Assembly (NCBI GenBank): GCA_041673345.1
Contig: JBAYXX010000004.1
Location: 4,607-68,606 of the forward strand
Direction of reading: 5' to 3'
Length of the DNA stretch: 64,000 bases
From: Kiritimatiellia bacterium
GTDB lineage: Bacteria > Verrucomicrobiota > Kiritimatiellia > RFP12 > UBA1067
The position numbers and the translations under genes were made by a program. Positions 18,599 through 29,431 of this stretch are shown here, piece after piece (within the stretch, counting starts at the first letter, position 1; every line of letters begins with the position of its first letter). The notes under the pieces were generated by a model. That model ran no database searches, was not told the DNA's origin, and saw only the letters and a list, made by a program, of their open reading frames with translations.

Positions 18599-19846
18599 AT
18601 GAAAGAAGAAGAGAAAACAGAGCATAAAGGTTTGAAAAACGAGCATCCAATTGCAAAATTTTTCGGAGTTTTGTTCACGGCGGCGTGTGCTTTTGTGATT
18701 GGATGGATTGTAAAGGGAATGATTCCTGAGCGTCCCATGGGCATGCCGCCTGGCATGATGCCTCCTGCCGCGGTTGATCCGCTGGTGAAAGTGGAAAGTG
18801 CCGAGTTTGGGATTTTGAACCCTCCGCTCAAGTTTATCGGCCATGTCGAGCCAGTGCGCGATGTTGATCTGACAGCGCGGATCTCCGGCTATGTGACCAA
18901 AGTCAATTTTGTGGAGGGCTCAATCGTCAAGGAGGGCGAGCTGCTCTTTGAAATCGATCCCGAGCCCTACGAGGCTACTGTCGCGGTTAGAAAGGCTGAA
19001 ATTGCTCAAGCTCAGGCTGAAATGGAGCGGGCACAGAGCTATCTCAATCGGCTGAACGCCTCTGACGCGCGTGGCATTTCACAGGCTGACCTGGATACCG
19101 CGCTCAGCGATGTCGCTGGAAGCAAGGCGAAAATCGAGCAGACCAAGGCTGTTCTACTGCTGGCTGAAATCGATTTGAAACACTGCCGGATTATCGCTCC
19201 GATTGATGGCAAGATTGGCCGTACGCTTGCCCATATCGGTGATTACGTCGCACCTGCGGCCGGAACTCTCGCACGTATTGTTCAGGTCGATCCAATTCGG
19301 GTTGTCTTCTCTGTGACAGACCGCGAGTATGTCGGTATCCGTGAAAAAATTGCTGAGGACCAATTGGATCAAGAGCTGCGCCTGCGTATCCAACTGCCGA
19401 CTGGCACAATACCTGAGATTGTGGGGGAGCGTGACTTTGAAGATAACGAGATGTCGGCCACCACTGCCACGTTGCCCGTCCGGGTTAAATTTGACAACAA
19501 AGATGGATTGCTGATCCCCAATAGCTATGTAACTGTTCTGGTTGACGCGCAAGCGCCTGCTCAATATCCGGTGGTCTCCCAGAGTGCTTTAGCCGCAGAT
19601 AAAGAGGGCGATTTTGTCTATGTGGTTGGTACAGATGAGAAAGCGCACAAGCGCCGAGTACAGATTGGCGATGTTGAAAATGGGCGGGTTGAGCTGCATC
19701 AAGGAGTCAGCGTTGGTGAGCGTGTCGTAATTCAAGGACTTCAAGGACTTACCGACGGCGCGACGGTCAGAGTCTTTGTTGAGACTCCCGTCCCAAAGGC
19801 TGCTGAACCTGAGGCTGTTATCAATGAGGGAGTGGCCCTAAAATGA
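18599..19846 (+). CDS. RND efflux periplasmic adaptor (membrane fusion protein)
   Basis: 415 aa with an N-terminal TM anchor, a HlyD/barrel-sandwich pattern ([29 protein letters not shown]), and a coiled-coil hairpin. Its stop overlaps the next ATG (ATGA). Confidence 0.9.
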   Translation: MKEEEKTEHKGLKNEHPIAKFFGVLFTAACAFVIGWIVKGMIPERPMGMPPGMMPPAAVDPLVKVESAEFGILNPPLKFIGHVEPVRDVDLTARISGYVTKVNFVEGSIVKEGELLFEIDPEPYEATVAVRKAEIAQAQAEMERAQSYLNRLNASDARGISQADLDTALSDVAGSKAKIEQTKAVLLLAEIDLKHCRIIAPIDGKIGRTLAHIGDYVAPAAGTLARIVQVDPIRVVFSVTDREYVGIREKIAEDQLDQELRLRIQLPTGTIPEIVGERDFEDNEMSATTATLPVRVKFDNKDGLLIPNSYVTVLVDAQAPAQYPVVSQSALAADKEGDFVYVVGTDEKAHKRRVQIGDVENGRVELHQGVSVGERVVIQGLQGLTDGATVRVFVETPVPKAAEPEAVINEGVALK

Positions 19847-22800
19847 TTTCACAAATATTCATTGAACGCCCCCGTTTTGCAATGGTGATCTCTGTTGTGC
19901 TGACACTGGCCGGTGTGCTCGCAATGAAAACGATGCCAATCACTCAATATCCGGAGGTGACACCCCCTGCGATTCAGGTGCGCACTCGTTTTCCCGGCGC
20001 CAACGCCCGCGAGGTTGCCACAACCATCGCCATCCCGCTGGAGGAGGAGGTTAATGGAGTGGATGATATGCTTTATATGTCCTCCTCCTGCGACGATTCC
20101 GGCAACTATAATCTGACAGTCACTTTTGAGGTTGGCTCTGATCGCGATATGAACATGGTCAAGGTTCAAAACCGTATTCAGCAGGTTCTTCCCCGCCTGC
20201 CGGTGGAGGTGAATGACCAAGGGGTGACAGTGGAGAGCCGTTCAACCAGTGTACTTGGATTTCTCAACATACGCTCACCGAATCACACGCAAGAGCGTCT
20301 GAGTATGAGCAACTATGCTTATGACTACATTGTCAAGGAGTTAAAACGTGTCCAAGGTGTCGGCGGTGTTAATGTTTATGGGCCGATGCTCAGCATGCGT
20401 GTCTGGTTGGATGCCGCGCGCTTGGCCGCGTTAGGCCTCAGTACCGAAGATGTTATCGCCGCCATTCGCTCCCAGAATTTACAGGCCGCGGTGGGTAAGA
20501 TCGGAGCGGCACCGACCGTCGGCGATGCTCAACGCTTTTTTGCGCTGCAGGCAACAGGGCGCTTGAATGATCCCAAGGATTTTGAGGAGATCGTTGTGCG
20601 CACCGATGCCGGCGGCGGTGTACTGCGTCTCAAAGATGTTGGACGGATTGAGCTTGGCGAGTCGAATTACGGGTTTAGCGGCAATTACAATGGTGCGGCA
20701 GCGGTCTCGATTGGATTGGATCAGAAGCCAGAAACAAACGCAATCGAAACCATGGATCGACTGCAGGAGCTACTAGTTGACCTGCGCAAACGTCTACCGG
20801 ATGACATGGAGCTATTTTCCTCGTATGACGCAACCCAGGTGGTCAGGGCCTCAATCAAGGAAATTTCCGCCACACTGCTGCTCACCTTTGGTTTGGTTGT
20901 GATTGTCTGCTACCTCTTCCTGCAGGACTGGCGCGCCACACTGGTGCCGTTGTTCACGATTCCGGTCTCGCTCTGCGCAACCTTTGGTGTGCTGTCGGTT
21001 CTGGGCTACAGCATTAATACGCTGACTTTATTTGGACTGGTGCTGGCGATCGGGTCGGTGGTGGACGATGCCATTGTGGTGGTTGAGCGTGTTCAATATC
21101 TGATGGTCGAAGAAGGGCTTGGCCGCAAAGAGGCCACTGTGCGCACCATGCACGAGGTAACCGGGGCGGTGATTGCCACCACGCTGGTGCTGCTCGCGAT
21201 CTTTGTGCCAGTCGGGTTTATCTCGGGTATTACCGGCAAGATTTATCAGCAGTTCGCTGTAACCATGTCCGCTGCAATCTGTTTCTCGACCGTCAACGCG
21301 CTCACCTTGAGCCCAGCACTGTGCGCCACGGTTTTGGGTAAACCCAAACCGCATAAGCGTGGACCGTTCGCAATTTTTAACTGGGGACTCAATCTGTCAC
21401 GTGGTGGATATGTCAAGATCTCCGGGTGGCTGGCACGCCGGGTCGGTTTAACTCTCCTCTTCCTGTTGCTATTCGCATTGCTCTCCTTCAAGTTATTCAG
21501 CATAACTCCTACCAGCTTCCTGCCGGAAGAGGATCAAGGCGTGATTTTTGTAGATGTGTGTTTGCCAGAGGGAGCCGCTAAAGTCAGAACCGAGGCGATA
21601 ATGGAGCAGGCCTCTAAGTTGATTCGTGATGACGAAGGGGTCAAGTTTGTACTAGGAATCACTGGCTTCGCGATCATCAGCGGTCGGTCAGAGAACACCG
21701 GGCTGATGGTGATCGGACTCGACCAATGGGAGGATCGCAAACGAGGCGACCTGAGTGCGAGCGCGATTATGGATCGCTGTCGTGTCAAGTTCGCGGCGAT
21801 CCCTGGGGCGGTTATCAATTGCTTCATGCCGCCAGCAATTCCCGGCATGGGCACCAGCAATGGGATGGATGTGCAACTGCAGGCGCTTAAAGATCCCGAC
21901 CCAGCGCGACTCGAGGGCGAGATGAACAAAATGATCGGGGTTCTGAATGCCATGCCTGAGGTGATGATGGCCTTCAGCGGCTACAATGCACGGACTCCCG
22001 CGCTGAAGGTGGAGGTGGACCGCGTTAAGGCCGAGTTGATGAATGTGCCGGTTAGTGCGGTGTTCGCAACACTTCAGAATTATCTGGGCTCGCGTTACGT
22101 GAATGATGTCAACATTGGGACACAGGTCAACCAGGTGATTATCCAGTCGGAGTGGGAAGGGCGTAACAACCCGGATGACATCCTCAAGCTTTATGTTAAA
22201 AGCACTAGCGGGGCGATGGTTCCCTTGGGTTCGCTGGTTATAATTGAAAAGACACTTGGCCCACGTACCGTCTCGCGCTACAACCAATTTCCGAGTGCTG
22301 GGATCACGGTGATGCTGATGCCGGGTGTGAGTTCAGGGGGAATGATGGCCAAGGTCGAGCAGGTAGGGGCCGAGGTGCTGGACCCGGATTACACTTTCTC
22401 CTGGTCGGGCATGAGCTTCCAGGAGCAGCGGGCCGCTGGGCAGACCGGTCTGTTGCTGGTGATGGCGTTGATCTTCGGTTACCTTTTTTTAGTGGCGCAG
22501 TATGAGAGCTGGACCATCCCGCTGCCGGTTATGTTATCGGTTGTTGTGGCCACGTTCGGCGCACTGGCGGGATTGATGCTAACGCGGACATTTTTGAGTA
22601 TTTATGCGCAGTTGGGGTTGATCCTGTTAGTGGCGCTGGCCAGTAAGAACGCTATTTTGATTGTCGAGTTTTCTAAGACGGAGCGGGAGAAGGGGCGCTC
22701 CATTGTGGAGGCCGCTGTGAACGGCGCCCGCGAGCGTTACCGTGCGGTTTTAATGACCGCCTTCACCTTTATTTTAGGGGTGCTGCCAATGGTGTTCGCA

Positions 22801-22968
22801 ACCGGCGCAGGCGCGGCCAGTCGCCGTTCGATCGGCATCACTGTGTTCTATGGAATGGTGGCAGCCACGCTAATGGGAATTATTCTGGTGCCTGGTTTAT
22901 ATGCCCTCTTCCAGACATTCCGTGAAAAGATGCGCGATGTCAGAGAGAAGATCATTGGAAAAAATTAA
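19843..22968 (+). CDS. RND efflux permease (AcrB/HAE1-like)
   Basis: 1041 aa. [45 protein letters not shown] (TM4 motif), and 12-TM/two-loop architecture. Confidence 0.95.
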   Translation: MISQIFIERPRFAMVISVVLTLAGVLAMKTMPITQYPEVTPPAIQVRTRFPGANAREVATTIAIPLEEEVNGVDDMLYMSSSCDDSGNYNLTVTFEVGSDRDMNMVKVQNRIQQVLPRLPVEVNDQGVTVESRSTSVLGFLNIRSPNHTQERLSMSNYAYDYIVKELKRVQGVGGVNVYGPMLSMRVWLDAARLAALGLSTEDVIAAIRSQNLQAAVGKIGAAPTVGDAQRFFALQATGRLNDPKDFEEIVVRTDAGGGVLRLKDVGRIELGESNYGFSGNYNGAAAVSIGLDQKPETNAIETMDRLQELLVDLRKRLPDDMELFSSYDATQVVRASIKEISATLLLTFGLVVIVCYLFLQDWRATLVPLFTIPVSLCATFGVLSVLGYSINTLTLFGLVLAIGSVVDDAIVVVERVQYLMVEEGLGRKEATVRTMHEVTGAVIATTLVLLAIFVPVGFISGITGKIYQQFAVTMSAAICFSTVNALTLSPALCATVLGKPKPHKRGPFAIFNWGLNLSRGGYVKISGWLARRVGLTLLFLLLFALLSFKLFSITPTSFLPEEDQGVIFVDVCLPEGAAKVRTEAIMEQASKLIRDDEGVKFVLGITGFAIISGRSENTGLMVIGLDQWEDRKRGDLSASAIMDRCRVKFAAIPGAVINCFMPPAIPGMGTSNGMDVQLQALKDPDPARLEGEMNKMIGVLNAMPEVMMAFSGYNARTPALKVEVDRVKAELMNVPVSAVFATLQNYLGSRYVNDVNIGTQVNQVIIQSEWEGRNNPDDILKLYVKSTSGAMVPLGSLVIIEKTLGPRTVSRYNQFPSAGITVMLMPGVSSGGMMAKVEQVGAEVLDPDYTFSWSGMSFQEQRAAGQTGLLLVMALIFGYLFLVAQYESWTIPLPVMLSVVVATFGALAGLMLTRTFLSIYAQLGLILLVALASKNAILIVEFSKTEREKGRSIVEAAVNGARERYRAVLMTAFTFILGVLPMVFATGAGAASRRSIGITVFYGMVAATLMGIILVPGLYALFQTFREKMRDVREKIIGKN

Positions 22969-22977
22969 AGGTTGATC

Positions 22978-24387
22978 ATGAGTAAAAATATTTTCACCGC
23001 AGGCCTATGTATGGGGCTATTTCTTTTGCTGGCCGGTTGTAAGGCAGTCGGCCCAGATTACCAGCAGCCAGATTGGAAAGAGCCAACTCTAAGCAATATC
23101 AAGCACGTTGAAGGCGCGGCGATAACGCCTGCGGAGATCACGGATTGGTGGCTGGTTTTTGACGACCCGGTTCTCACCAATCTGGTCCAGTGCGCCCTTG
23201 CCAATAACCTGACCCTGGCGGATTCCCTGGCACAGATCCGTGAAGCGCGGGCCCGCCTCGGTGTGAGCAGAGCAGGACTGCTCCCTGAGGTGGACGCGCG
23301 TGGTGCCTACGAGCGCTTCCGCAGCAGTGAGAGCATGGGATTTGCCAGAGACGGCGATCACTATCAGGCGGGCTTTGATGCCCGCTGGGAGCTTGATCTG
23401 TTCGGTCGCCGCCGCCGCTCAATTGAAGCTGCGCAGGCTGCCTTTGATGCCTCAAGCGCCACCTTTGAGCATCTTTGGGTGGTGGTGGCTGCGGAGACGG
23501 CCAAAAGCTATTTGCAATACCAGGAATTGCAACGCCGGATTGAAGTTGCCGAGAGCAATCTAGTGCTGCAGCGCGACACTCTGGAGATTCTGATCTCCAG
23601 AGCGCAGGCCGGCATCGGAGACGAACTCGCTGTGGAGCAGGCGCGCTATAACCTCGAACGCACTCGCGCCACGCTGCCAGGTCTGCGTAGCGGGATCGAT
23701 CAGACGCTCAATGCTCTCGCCGTGCTCACTGGTGTGATGCCAGGTGAGCTGGGGGTGGTTGTCCAACCCGACATCCGTATGTTAACCGCACCCTTACGGA
23801 CGCTGGCTGGCATACCCGCATCAGCCCTGCGCCATCGTCCGGATATCCGTGCCGCCGAGCGCGCCCTGGCGGCGCGTTGCGCCGAAATCGGGGTGGCCGA
23901 GGCCGATCTCTACCCCACCTTTGCCTTGGGTGGTGCCATTGGCTTGGAGTCGCTGGAAGCCAATGATTTCTTCAAGGATGAGAGCAAGTTTTTCTCGCTC
24001 GGCCCCTCGGTTTCGTGGCCAATATTCAGAGGCGGCTCTATCCGTGCTCAGATTGAGATTAAGAAAGCACTGCATGAGCAGGCTTTTATTAACTATGAGG
24101 CAACTGTGTTGGATGCAGTAGCTGAACTGCGTAATGTGCTCAGCGCCTATGCGCATGAGTATGAGCGACTGGACGCATTGCAAAAGGCCGCTGCCGCCGC
24201 CCGCAGTGCTGTGGCAATTGCCCAGGATAAATACAAGCAGGGGCTCGCGGATTTCAATAGCGTGCTGGATGCGCAGCGCTCGCAGCTGACCTTTGAGGAA
24301 CTGGTTGTGATCAGCCAATCGCTGACCACCAGAAACCTGATTGGTATCTACAAAGCCCTGGGTGGCGGGTGGGAACCGCTGGAGTAG
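22978..24387 (+). CDS. Outer-membrane efflux lipoprotein (NodT/OprM family)
   Basis: Lipobox LLLAGC, then ...GPDYQQPDW. Tandem OEP repeats, C-terminus ...LIGIYKALGGGWE. I chose the ATG at 22978; the track begins at a TTG two codons upstream. Confidence 0.9.
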   Translation: MSKNIFTAGLCMGLFLLLAGCKAVGPDYQQPDWKEPTLSNIKHVEGAAITPAEITDWWLVFDDPVLTNLVQCALANNLTLADSLAQIREARARLGVSRAGLLPEVDARGAYERFRSSESMGFARDGDHYQAGFDARWELDLFGRRRRSIEAAQAAFDASSATFEHLWVVVAAETAKSYLQYQELQRRIEVAESNLVLQRDTLEILISRAQAGIGDELAVEQARYNLERTRATLPGLRSGIDQTLNALAVLTGVMPGELGVVVQPDIRMLTAPLRTLAGIPASALRHRPDIRAAERALAARCAEIGVAEADLYPTFALGGAIGLESLEANDFFKDESKFFSLGPSVSWPIFRGGSIRAQIEIKKALHEQAFINYEATVLDAVAELRNVLSAYAHEYERLDALQKAAAAARSAVAIAQDKYKQGLADFNSVLDAQRSQLTFEELVVISQSLTTRNLIGIYKALGGGWEPLE

Positions 24388-24500
24388 GTCTTCCCGTCGG
24401 GGCCGCGGATCCTTGTCTCGAACCTCGTCTCCTTCGCCTATCCCTGATCACTACTGTTTGATTAGGATTACGATTAGGATTGTGAGTAGGCGGGATGCAC

Positions 24501-24538
24501 ATCTCAATCTCAATCTCAATCTCAATCTCAATCTCAAT
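24501..24538. repeat. Hexanucleotide microsatellite (CTCAAT)x6
   Basis: at ctcaat ctcaat ctcaat ctcaat ctcaat ctcaat cc, read directly. Intergenic. Confidence 0.95.
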
Positions 24539-24799
24539 CCTTGTCCAGGAAGGTCATGCCTCAGGTTGACGATAGCGGCGCTGATACTGGTTGACGATTC
24601 CCCGCATGTTACCAATCGTCAACCAGCATCGTCGCACAACATCGTCAACCAATGCCGCTCATAGAGCGGCTACTGCACCGAACAATAAGACTTGCAAGCC
24701 AGCCTGTATTTCAAAGTGCAGCGCATGTGTAGTAGTCGCTCTATGAGCGACACCGAACGACAACTCGTGCAAACGGCTTGTAATCCGCCCTGCGCAGCA

Positions 24800-24914
24800 C
24801 TGTAGCCGCGGGCCGTGACCGCGGGTGGCTCGTTTGTTGTCAATTGTCAATTACTTCGGTTTGCGAAGCACCACACTGTCGTTTGTCGGCGCGTTCACGG
24901 CCCGCGCCCTACAG
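24800..24914. repeat. 115-bp TIR element, copy 2 (same family and orientation as 17575-17689)
   Basis: ctgtagccgcgggccgtgaccgcgggtgg...gtcggcgcgttcacggcccgcgccctacag. Confidence 0.85.
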
Positions 24915-25276
24915 CTCCGTACAGCCTGAATCATGCGACGGACTTGTTCCTTGCGGCTCGCATCTGTATGTTGCAAAACAATTCAGCTTGATAATATTTT
25001 GTAGATTAAATGTTAGTGTTGATTGTGGTCGGTCTTGATAATCGCTGAATTGCATGCCTGTGCGTCGCACACAGGCAAATGCGTATCAGTCGCTAATTGA
25101 CGAGGCGGATCACTTTTCAGGGACTCCGAAACCCACCATGTGGACAAGGCTGGATTTAATAATTTAAGCAGTAAATCCTGAAATCCAGACGTGCCACGGC
25201 GTAACCTCCGGCGTAGACGGGTTATCTTGTGCGTACCGTGCAAAACATGATATAATCACCGCAGTTTAAGAGGTGA

Positions 25277-25399
25277 ATGATGAGTGAGGCATTAAAAGGA
25301 CGTTATATAAATTTTTTCACGGACTTTGGTTTTAAACGGTTGTTTGATTCTGAGCCGACGAAAGTGTGTTTGATCGATTTTCTCAACTCTCTGCTAGAG
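25277..25399 (+). pseudogene. 5' remnant (~41 codons) of an Rpn-family / PD-(D/E)XK (PDDEXK_2) recombination-promoting nuclease gene
   Basis: MMSEALKGRYINFFTDFGFKRLFDSEPTKVCLIDFLNSLLE matches the conserved N-terminus of this family (..YINP..DFGFKKLFG.E.NK..LIDFLN.LL). It is preceded by TATAAT (25251-25256) and AGAGGTG. Homology stops exactly where the convergent oxidoreductase gene ends (25394). The rest of the 88-aa track ORF is antisense to that gene. Confidence 0.55.
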
Positions 25400-26584
25400 T
25401 GTTGGTATGGGTGGCACCACCAGCTGCGTCCATTTGATGGCCGGCGTGTTTTCATCATAGGAGGCGAGGTTTTCAAGCACGGTGTGGACAAAAGCCACGG
25501 CGCGCAAACCTTTTGGCACGGTTGCAAAGGCGGCCTTCTCTAAAACAATTGCTTTCGGATAGCGCAGATACTCAAAGAAGCTGTTGTAGCACTCCGCCAG
25601 CGCGTTGATATACGCCTCTTCATATCCAAAAGGTGCGGGCTCATTTGACTCTGAGAGTGCTCGAAAAGAGGGGCCAGCTTCAAACACCTCACTCTCGCCT
25701 TCAACTGTGCGTAAGGTTAATTTTTCAGGGATCCGCTGACTCCATTCAAGAGCGCCTTTATCACCGTAGATCCGGATGTGGATACCGTCACTCTCACCAG
25801 TGGCGATTTGACTTGTTAAAAAGACACCGCGGGCCCCATTTTCAAACCGCGTCAACACAGTTGCGTCATCATCCAAGATCCGTCCGGGAATCGAGGCGCG
25901 CAAATCAGCGTTGACCTCGGTGATCTCCAGTCCTGTTAGCCACTCCGCCAGATAAAAGCAGTGTGCGGCATGATCCACCAGGCACCCTGCCGGTCCGCAA
26001 CGCCTAGGGTCAGTGCGCCAACTGGCCTGTTTGTGGCCATCTGTCTCAAGCCGTTTGGCCATCCACCCCAGTTGATACTCCACCACAACCTTCCGGATGT
26101 TGCCAACAGTATTCTTGTTATGAATCAGAGCGTGGGCTCTCTGAAGCACTGGATATCCTTCATAGGGGATGGCAATGCCGTAGATCAAATTCTCGTCGCG
26201 TGCCCGACGGCTCAGGTTCAGGGCTTCGTCAAGGTTACAGGAAAAGGGCTTCTCGCTCAATACTGGGTATCGAGCGTCAATGGCGGACATGGCAATCGGA
26301 TAGTGCATGGTGTTGGGGGTCAGAATCACAACCATTTGCATCCGTTCTTTAGCAGGCACGAATCTCTCACGTTTAAACATGTCACGGTAGGTGCCGTAGA
26401 TACGCTTGAGGGGCAGCTGAAATTTTTTGCCTGATTCAAAGGAGCTGTGTCTGGTACTGCCAAACGCTCCGCAAACAATCTCGCCTTCACCTTGTTTTTT
26501 GATCGCGGCTCTATGCACTTGGCCCATAAAAGAGCTTTCGCCCCCGCCTGCTAAGCCGATCCGTATTTTTTGATTATCACTCAT
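25394..26584 (-). CDS. Gfo/Idh/MocA-family NAD(P)-dependent oxidoreductase
   Basis: 396 aa. N-terminal Rossmann segment KIRIGLAGGGESSFMGQVH... and VVILTPNTMHYPIAMSAIDARYPVLSEKP (the EKP motif). Confidence 0.85.
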   Translation of the reverse strand: MSDNQKIRIGLAGGGESSFMGQVHRAAIKKQGEGEIVCGAFGSTRHSSFESGKKFQLPLKRIYGTYRDMFKRERFVPAKERMQMVVILTPNTMHYPIAMSAIDARYPVLSEKPFSCNLDEALNLSRRARDENLIYGIAIPYEGYPVLQRAHALIHNKNTVGNIRKVVVEYQLGWMAKRLETDGHKQASWRTDPRRCGPAGCLVDHAAHCFYLAEWLTGLEITEVNADLRASIPGRILDDDATVLTRFENGARGVFLTSQIATGESDGIHIRIYGDKGALEWSQRIPEKLTLRTVEGESEVFEAGPSFRALSESNEPAPFGYEEAYINALAECYNSFFEYLRYPKAIVLEKAAFATVPKGLRAVAFVHTVLENLASYDENTPAIKWTQLVVPPIPTL

Positions 26585-26683
26585 TTAAAACCTTTTATCG
26601 TTTAAATTTAAATAAAAGCAGCAAAAAAACTCTGCTCCATGTTCAATATGTTAAACAATTACTTATGTGTTTGCCAGCAAAAT

Positions 26684-27484
26684 TTATAGCTCTTTTGAAA
26701 TAAGTATCGCTAAGGCTGTGTTTTGCAAAACCTGGGAGTCGTTGATGCCGTTCCAAAAGCCACCTCCAAGCGGATCAATCTTTTGGGTACTGATAATTTT
26801 TCGGGCAAAAATCCTGCGCCAGTCAACTCTTTGGCCTTGGGCTTTGACCAGTTGCCCCCGCCCCACTCGATTGATTACCCTTGCATCCAGCCACATCTGC
26901 AGCATACTGGTGTTCCCTGCGGTCAGTTGATGAGCGAGCGATTTGTAGTACTCTTGCGATGCCGCCAGCACTGTATCCTCAGGCTCCAGCAAGGCTAACC
27001 CAAGGAGCAGTTCGCGTTGCAAGATTACATCAACAGGCGACAGGGCCAGTTTTGGTTCTTTGAGCCAAGCGCAGTTCCGCTCTGCAGCGCAGCCGGTTGT
27101 GCCTGTAACTCTCAATGCCGCGGCACTCCAGACGACTGCGGAAAAATTAGTCAAGGGCTGAACGCTAGATCGCTCTTCAATATATTGTAAGGCAGCATGG
27201 AGTGTGTTGGTCAGCTTTAGGTTGTTTTGTGATGCGAATGCCAGCGCGCACAGCGCGGTGGTTTCAAGCTTGCTGAATCCGCCCCAACTGCCGTCTGTGT
27301 TCTGTTGAGTTTTAATCCAATTAACGCCCAAATCAACGGCGCGGTCGAGTTCCTGTTGGATGGAAATATCCAGTGAGTCGCCAGACTCACGGAATTTCCG
27401 CAGTGGCAGACCCTTTTCTGCAAAAGCAGAAAAACAGATGCCAATGCTTAACAATCCGTGGATTATAGTAGTTTTTAAATTCAT
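26684..27484 (-). CDS. Secreted prenyltransferase/squalene-cyclase-repeat (QW-motif) protein
   Basis: Signal peptide MNLKTTIIHGLLSIGICFSAFA. QW motif RAVDLGVNWIKTQQNTDGSWGG followed by ETTALCALAFAS. Confidence 0.7.
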   Translation of the reverse strand: MNLKTTIIHGLLSIGICFSAFAEKGLPLRKFRESGDSLDISIQQELDRAVDLGVNWIKTQQNTDGSWGGFSKLETTALCALAFASQNNLKLTNTLHAALQYIEERSSVQPLTNFSAVVWSAAALRVTGTTGCAAERNCAWLKEPKLALSPVDVILQRELLLGLALLEPEDTVLAASQEYYKSLAHQLTAGNTSMLQMWLDARVINRVGRGQLVKAQGQRVDWRRIFARKIISTQKIDPLGGGFWNGINDSQVLQNTALAILISKEL

Positions 27485-27810
27485 GCTGGTGCTTGTCTAT
27501 AACTTCAAATAGGTTAAGGGGTTTTCCCTATGTTTTTCTCTTTGCCTACAACTCGGGGTTGCTATCGGAATCGGTATCGAAAAGCAAAAAAGATCGACTT
27601 CATGACTTCACGACTTCCGATTTTTATGCTGCCATTTTCACGCATAGTACTGTTTCTGTTGAACCCTGAAATATAGCCGTTGATAAGATCCGAAAATTTA
27701 TGTATAAGTGTATTCATGCGCCGTGCTCCTTTGTGATGTTGATTTGAAAAATTATTATAAGAAGATTTCAACGCATTTTAAAGGATATATTGTTAAACAG
27801 GAGAATTTTG

Positions 27811-28344
27811 ATGAGTTTGTTGCTTGCCGCTGGATGGTTGATCTTTCTGACTTTAATACCAGGCTTGGAGGCGCGTATGTCCCTGCCCTTCGCATTTTTT
27901 AACAGCTCTGTCAGAGAGGCGCTTGGACTGCCGTTGGCGATCACTATCTGCCTGCTGACTAATCTGCTGGTGGGCTTGATGACCTTCTGGTTGATGGGTC
28001 CAGTGGTGCAACTGTTCAGGTGCTGGCCTTTCTTTGAGCGACGCATCTGGCCCCATTTTGCGAAAACTCAGGATAAGCTGCACCCCTATGTAGCGAGATA
28101 CGGCGAGTGGGGGCTCGCGCTTTTTATCGGCATTCCTCTGCCCGGCACAGGGGCGTACACCGGCGCGTTTGGCGCATTTTTGCTGGGGTTTGATAAACGC
28201 AGGTTCTTTCTTGCCAATCTTTTCGGGGTGCTGCTGGCTTGCACCACCATCACGGCTATCTGCTTTTTAATCGAAAAAGGAGCGGTCGCTGAAGATAGTC
28301 TCATCAGAAAAGTCTTTATCAAGGAATTTGTCGATCATGAGTGA
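27811..28344 (+). CDS. Small polytopic membrane protein (COG2426 / putative small multidrug-export-like family)
   Basis: MSLLLAAGWLIFLTLIPGLEARMSLPFAF...GIPLPGTGAYTGAFGAFLLGF.... ATG at 27811 preceded by AGGAGA. Four predicted TM segments. Confidence 0.6.
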   Translation: MSLLLAAGWLIFLTLIPGLEARMSLPFAFFNSSVREALGLPLAITICLLTNLLVGLMTFWLMGPVVQLFRCWPFFERRIWPHFAKTQDKLHPYVARYGEWGLALFIGIPLPGTGAYTGAFGAFLLGFDKRRFFLANLFGVLLACTTITAICFLIEKGAVAEDSLIRKVFIKEFVDHE

Positions 28345-29332
28345 GAAAGTGCCGAAGGTTGGGCGTGGGTTGAGCCTGTTATCGGGGGGCTTGGATAGTC
28401 AGCTGGCGATCTGTATTCTGCGTGAGCAGGGGCTGCATATGGAGGCAGTTGTTTTCCAGAGCCCATTTTTTAAAATTCAGGCTGCCAAAAGCGCGGCTGT
28501 TGATATGGGTGTTAAACTGCATATTGCCCCGTTCACACGCGATATCCTGGATCTGATCAAAGATCCACCCCATGGATTCGGCGGCAACCTAAACCCTTGC
28601 ATTGACTGCCATGCGCTCATGATTAAACGCGCGGGCGAGATGATGCGATCTATGGAATTTGATTTTGTAGCCACTGGTGAGGTCTTAAACCAGCGCCCCA
28701 TGTCGCAACGCCGGGCAGCACTGGGAATGGTCGCGCAAAGCTCTGAGCTGGCAGATCATCTGGTGCGTCCGTTAAGTGCCTTGCTACTGGAGCCAACGCA
28801 ACCGGAGCTGAATGGCATTATTGACCGTTCTAAGCTGCTAGGCCTGAACGGCAGGGGGCGTAGGCCGCAGATGGAGCTGGCAAAAAAATTCGGGCTCAAG
28901 AGTTACCCCTCGCCCTCCGGGGGGTGTCTGTTGACTGAGAGCGGCTTCTGCAGGCGGCTGAATGACATGCGTAATCGCGGTGCTCTCGATAATGAACGTC
29001 TGGTTTGGATGCTCCTGTATGGACGTCATTTTGCGTTGCCGGGTGGCGGTAAGTGCATTGTGGGCCGCGATAATCGCGACAATGCGGCCCTGGAGCAAGC
29101 GCGTCAGCTCGAGGATGTGATGATTCACACAGTCAACATCCCAGGCCCGACCGTCTTACTGCCCTTAGGCAGCACCCCAGCGGACATTGAGTTGGCTGCT
29201 TCGATCTGCGCCTCTTATGGTGATCATGGCAGTGCCGTAGAGGTAGTGGTGCGCATTCATAAGGGTGAACATACTGTGGAGCAAAGCGCACATGTAGTTG
29301 ATCGTAAGCTGTTCAAAGAGATGATACTTTGA
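28337..29332 (+). CDS. PP-loop ATP pyrophosphatase of the ThiI/MnmA tRNA-sulfurtransferase type, lacking an N-terminal THUMP domain
   Basis: SLLSGGLDSQLA (SGGxDS PP-loop), NPCIDCHALMIKRAGEMM and FVATGEVLNQRPMSQ (ThiI-like TGE.LGQ..SQ). The ATG at 28337 overlaps the upstream stop (28344) by 8 nt. Confidence 0.65.
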   Translation: MSEKVPKVGRGLSLLSGGLDSQLAICILREQGLHMEAVVFQSPFFKIQAAKSAAVDMGVKLHIAPFTRDILDLIKDPPHGFGGNLNPCIDCHALMIKRAGEMMRSMEFDFVATGEVLNQRPMSQRRAALGMVAQSSELADHLVRPLSALLLEPTQPELNGIIDRSKLLGLNGRGRRPQMELAKKFGLKSYPSPSGGCLLTESGFCRRLNDMRNRGALDNERLVWMLLYGRHFALPGGGKCIVGRDNRDNAALEQARQLEDVMIHTVNIPGPTVLLPLGSTPADIELAASICASYGDHGSAVEVVVRIHKGEHTVEQSAHVVDRKLFKEMIL

Positions 29333-29431
29333 GCTTTTAGTTTGCCAGACTTAAAAGTCCGACATCCTTTTAAATTCGAGTCCCTTCAAGCTCCCAATTA
29401 AAAATTTCAAATAATCACTTGAAGCGCATGT

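Noticed and set aside
25514-25526. TGGCACGGTTGCA, superficially sigma-54-like
   Set aside because: The GG and GC elements are only 7 nt apart instead of 10, and the site is inside the Gfo/Idh/MocA coding region.
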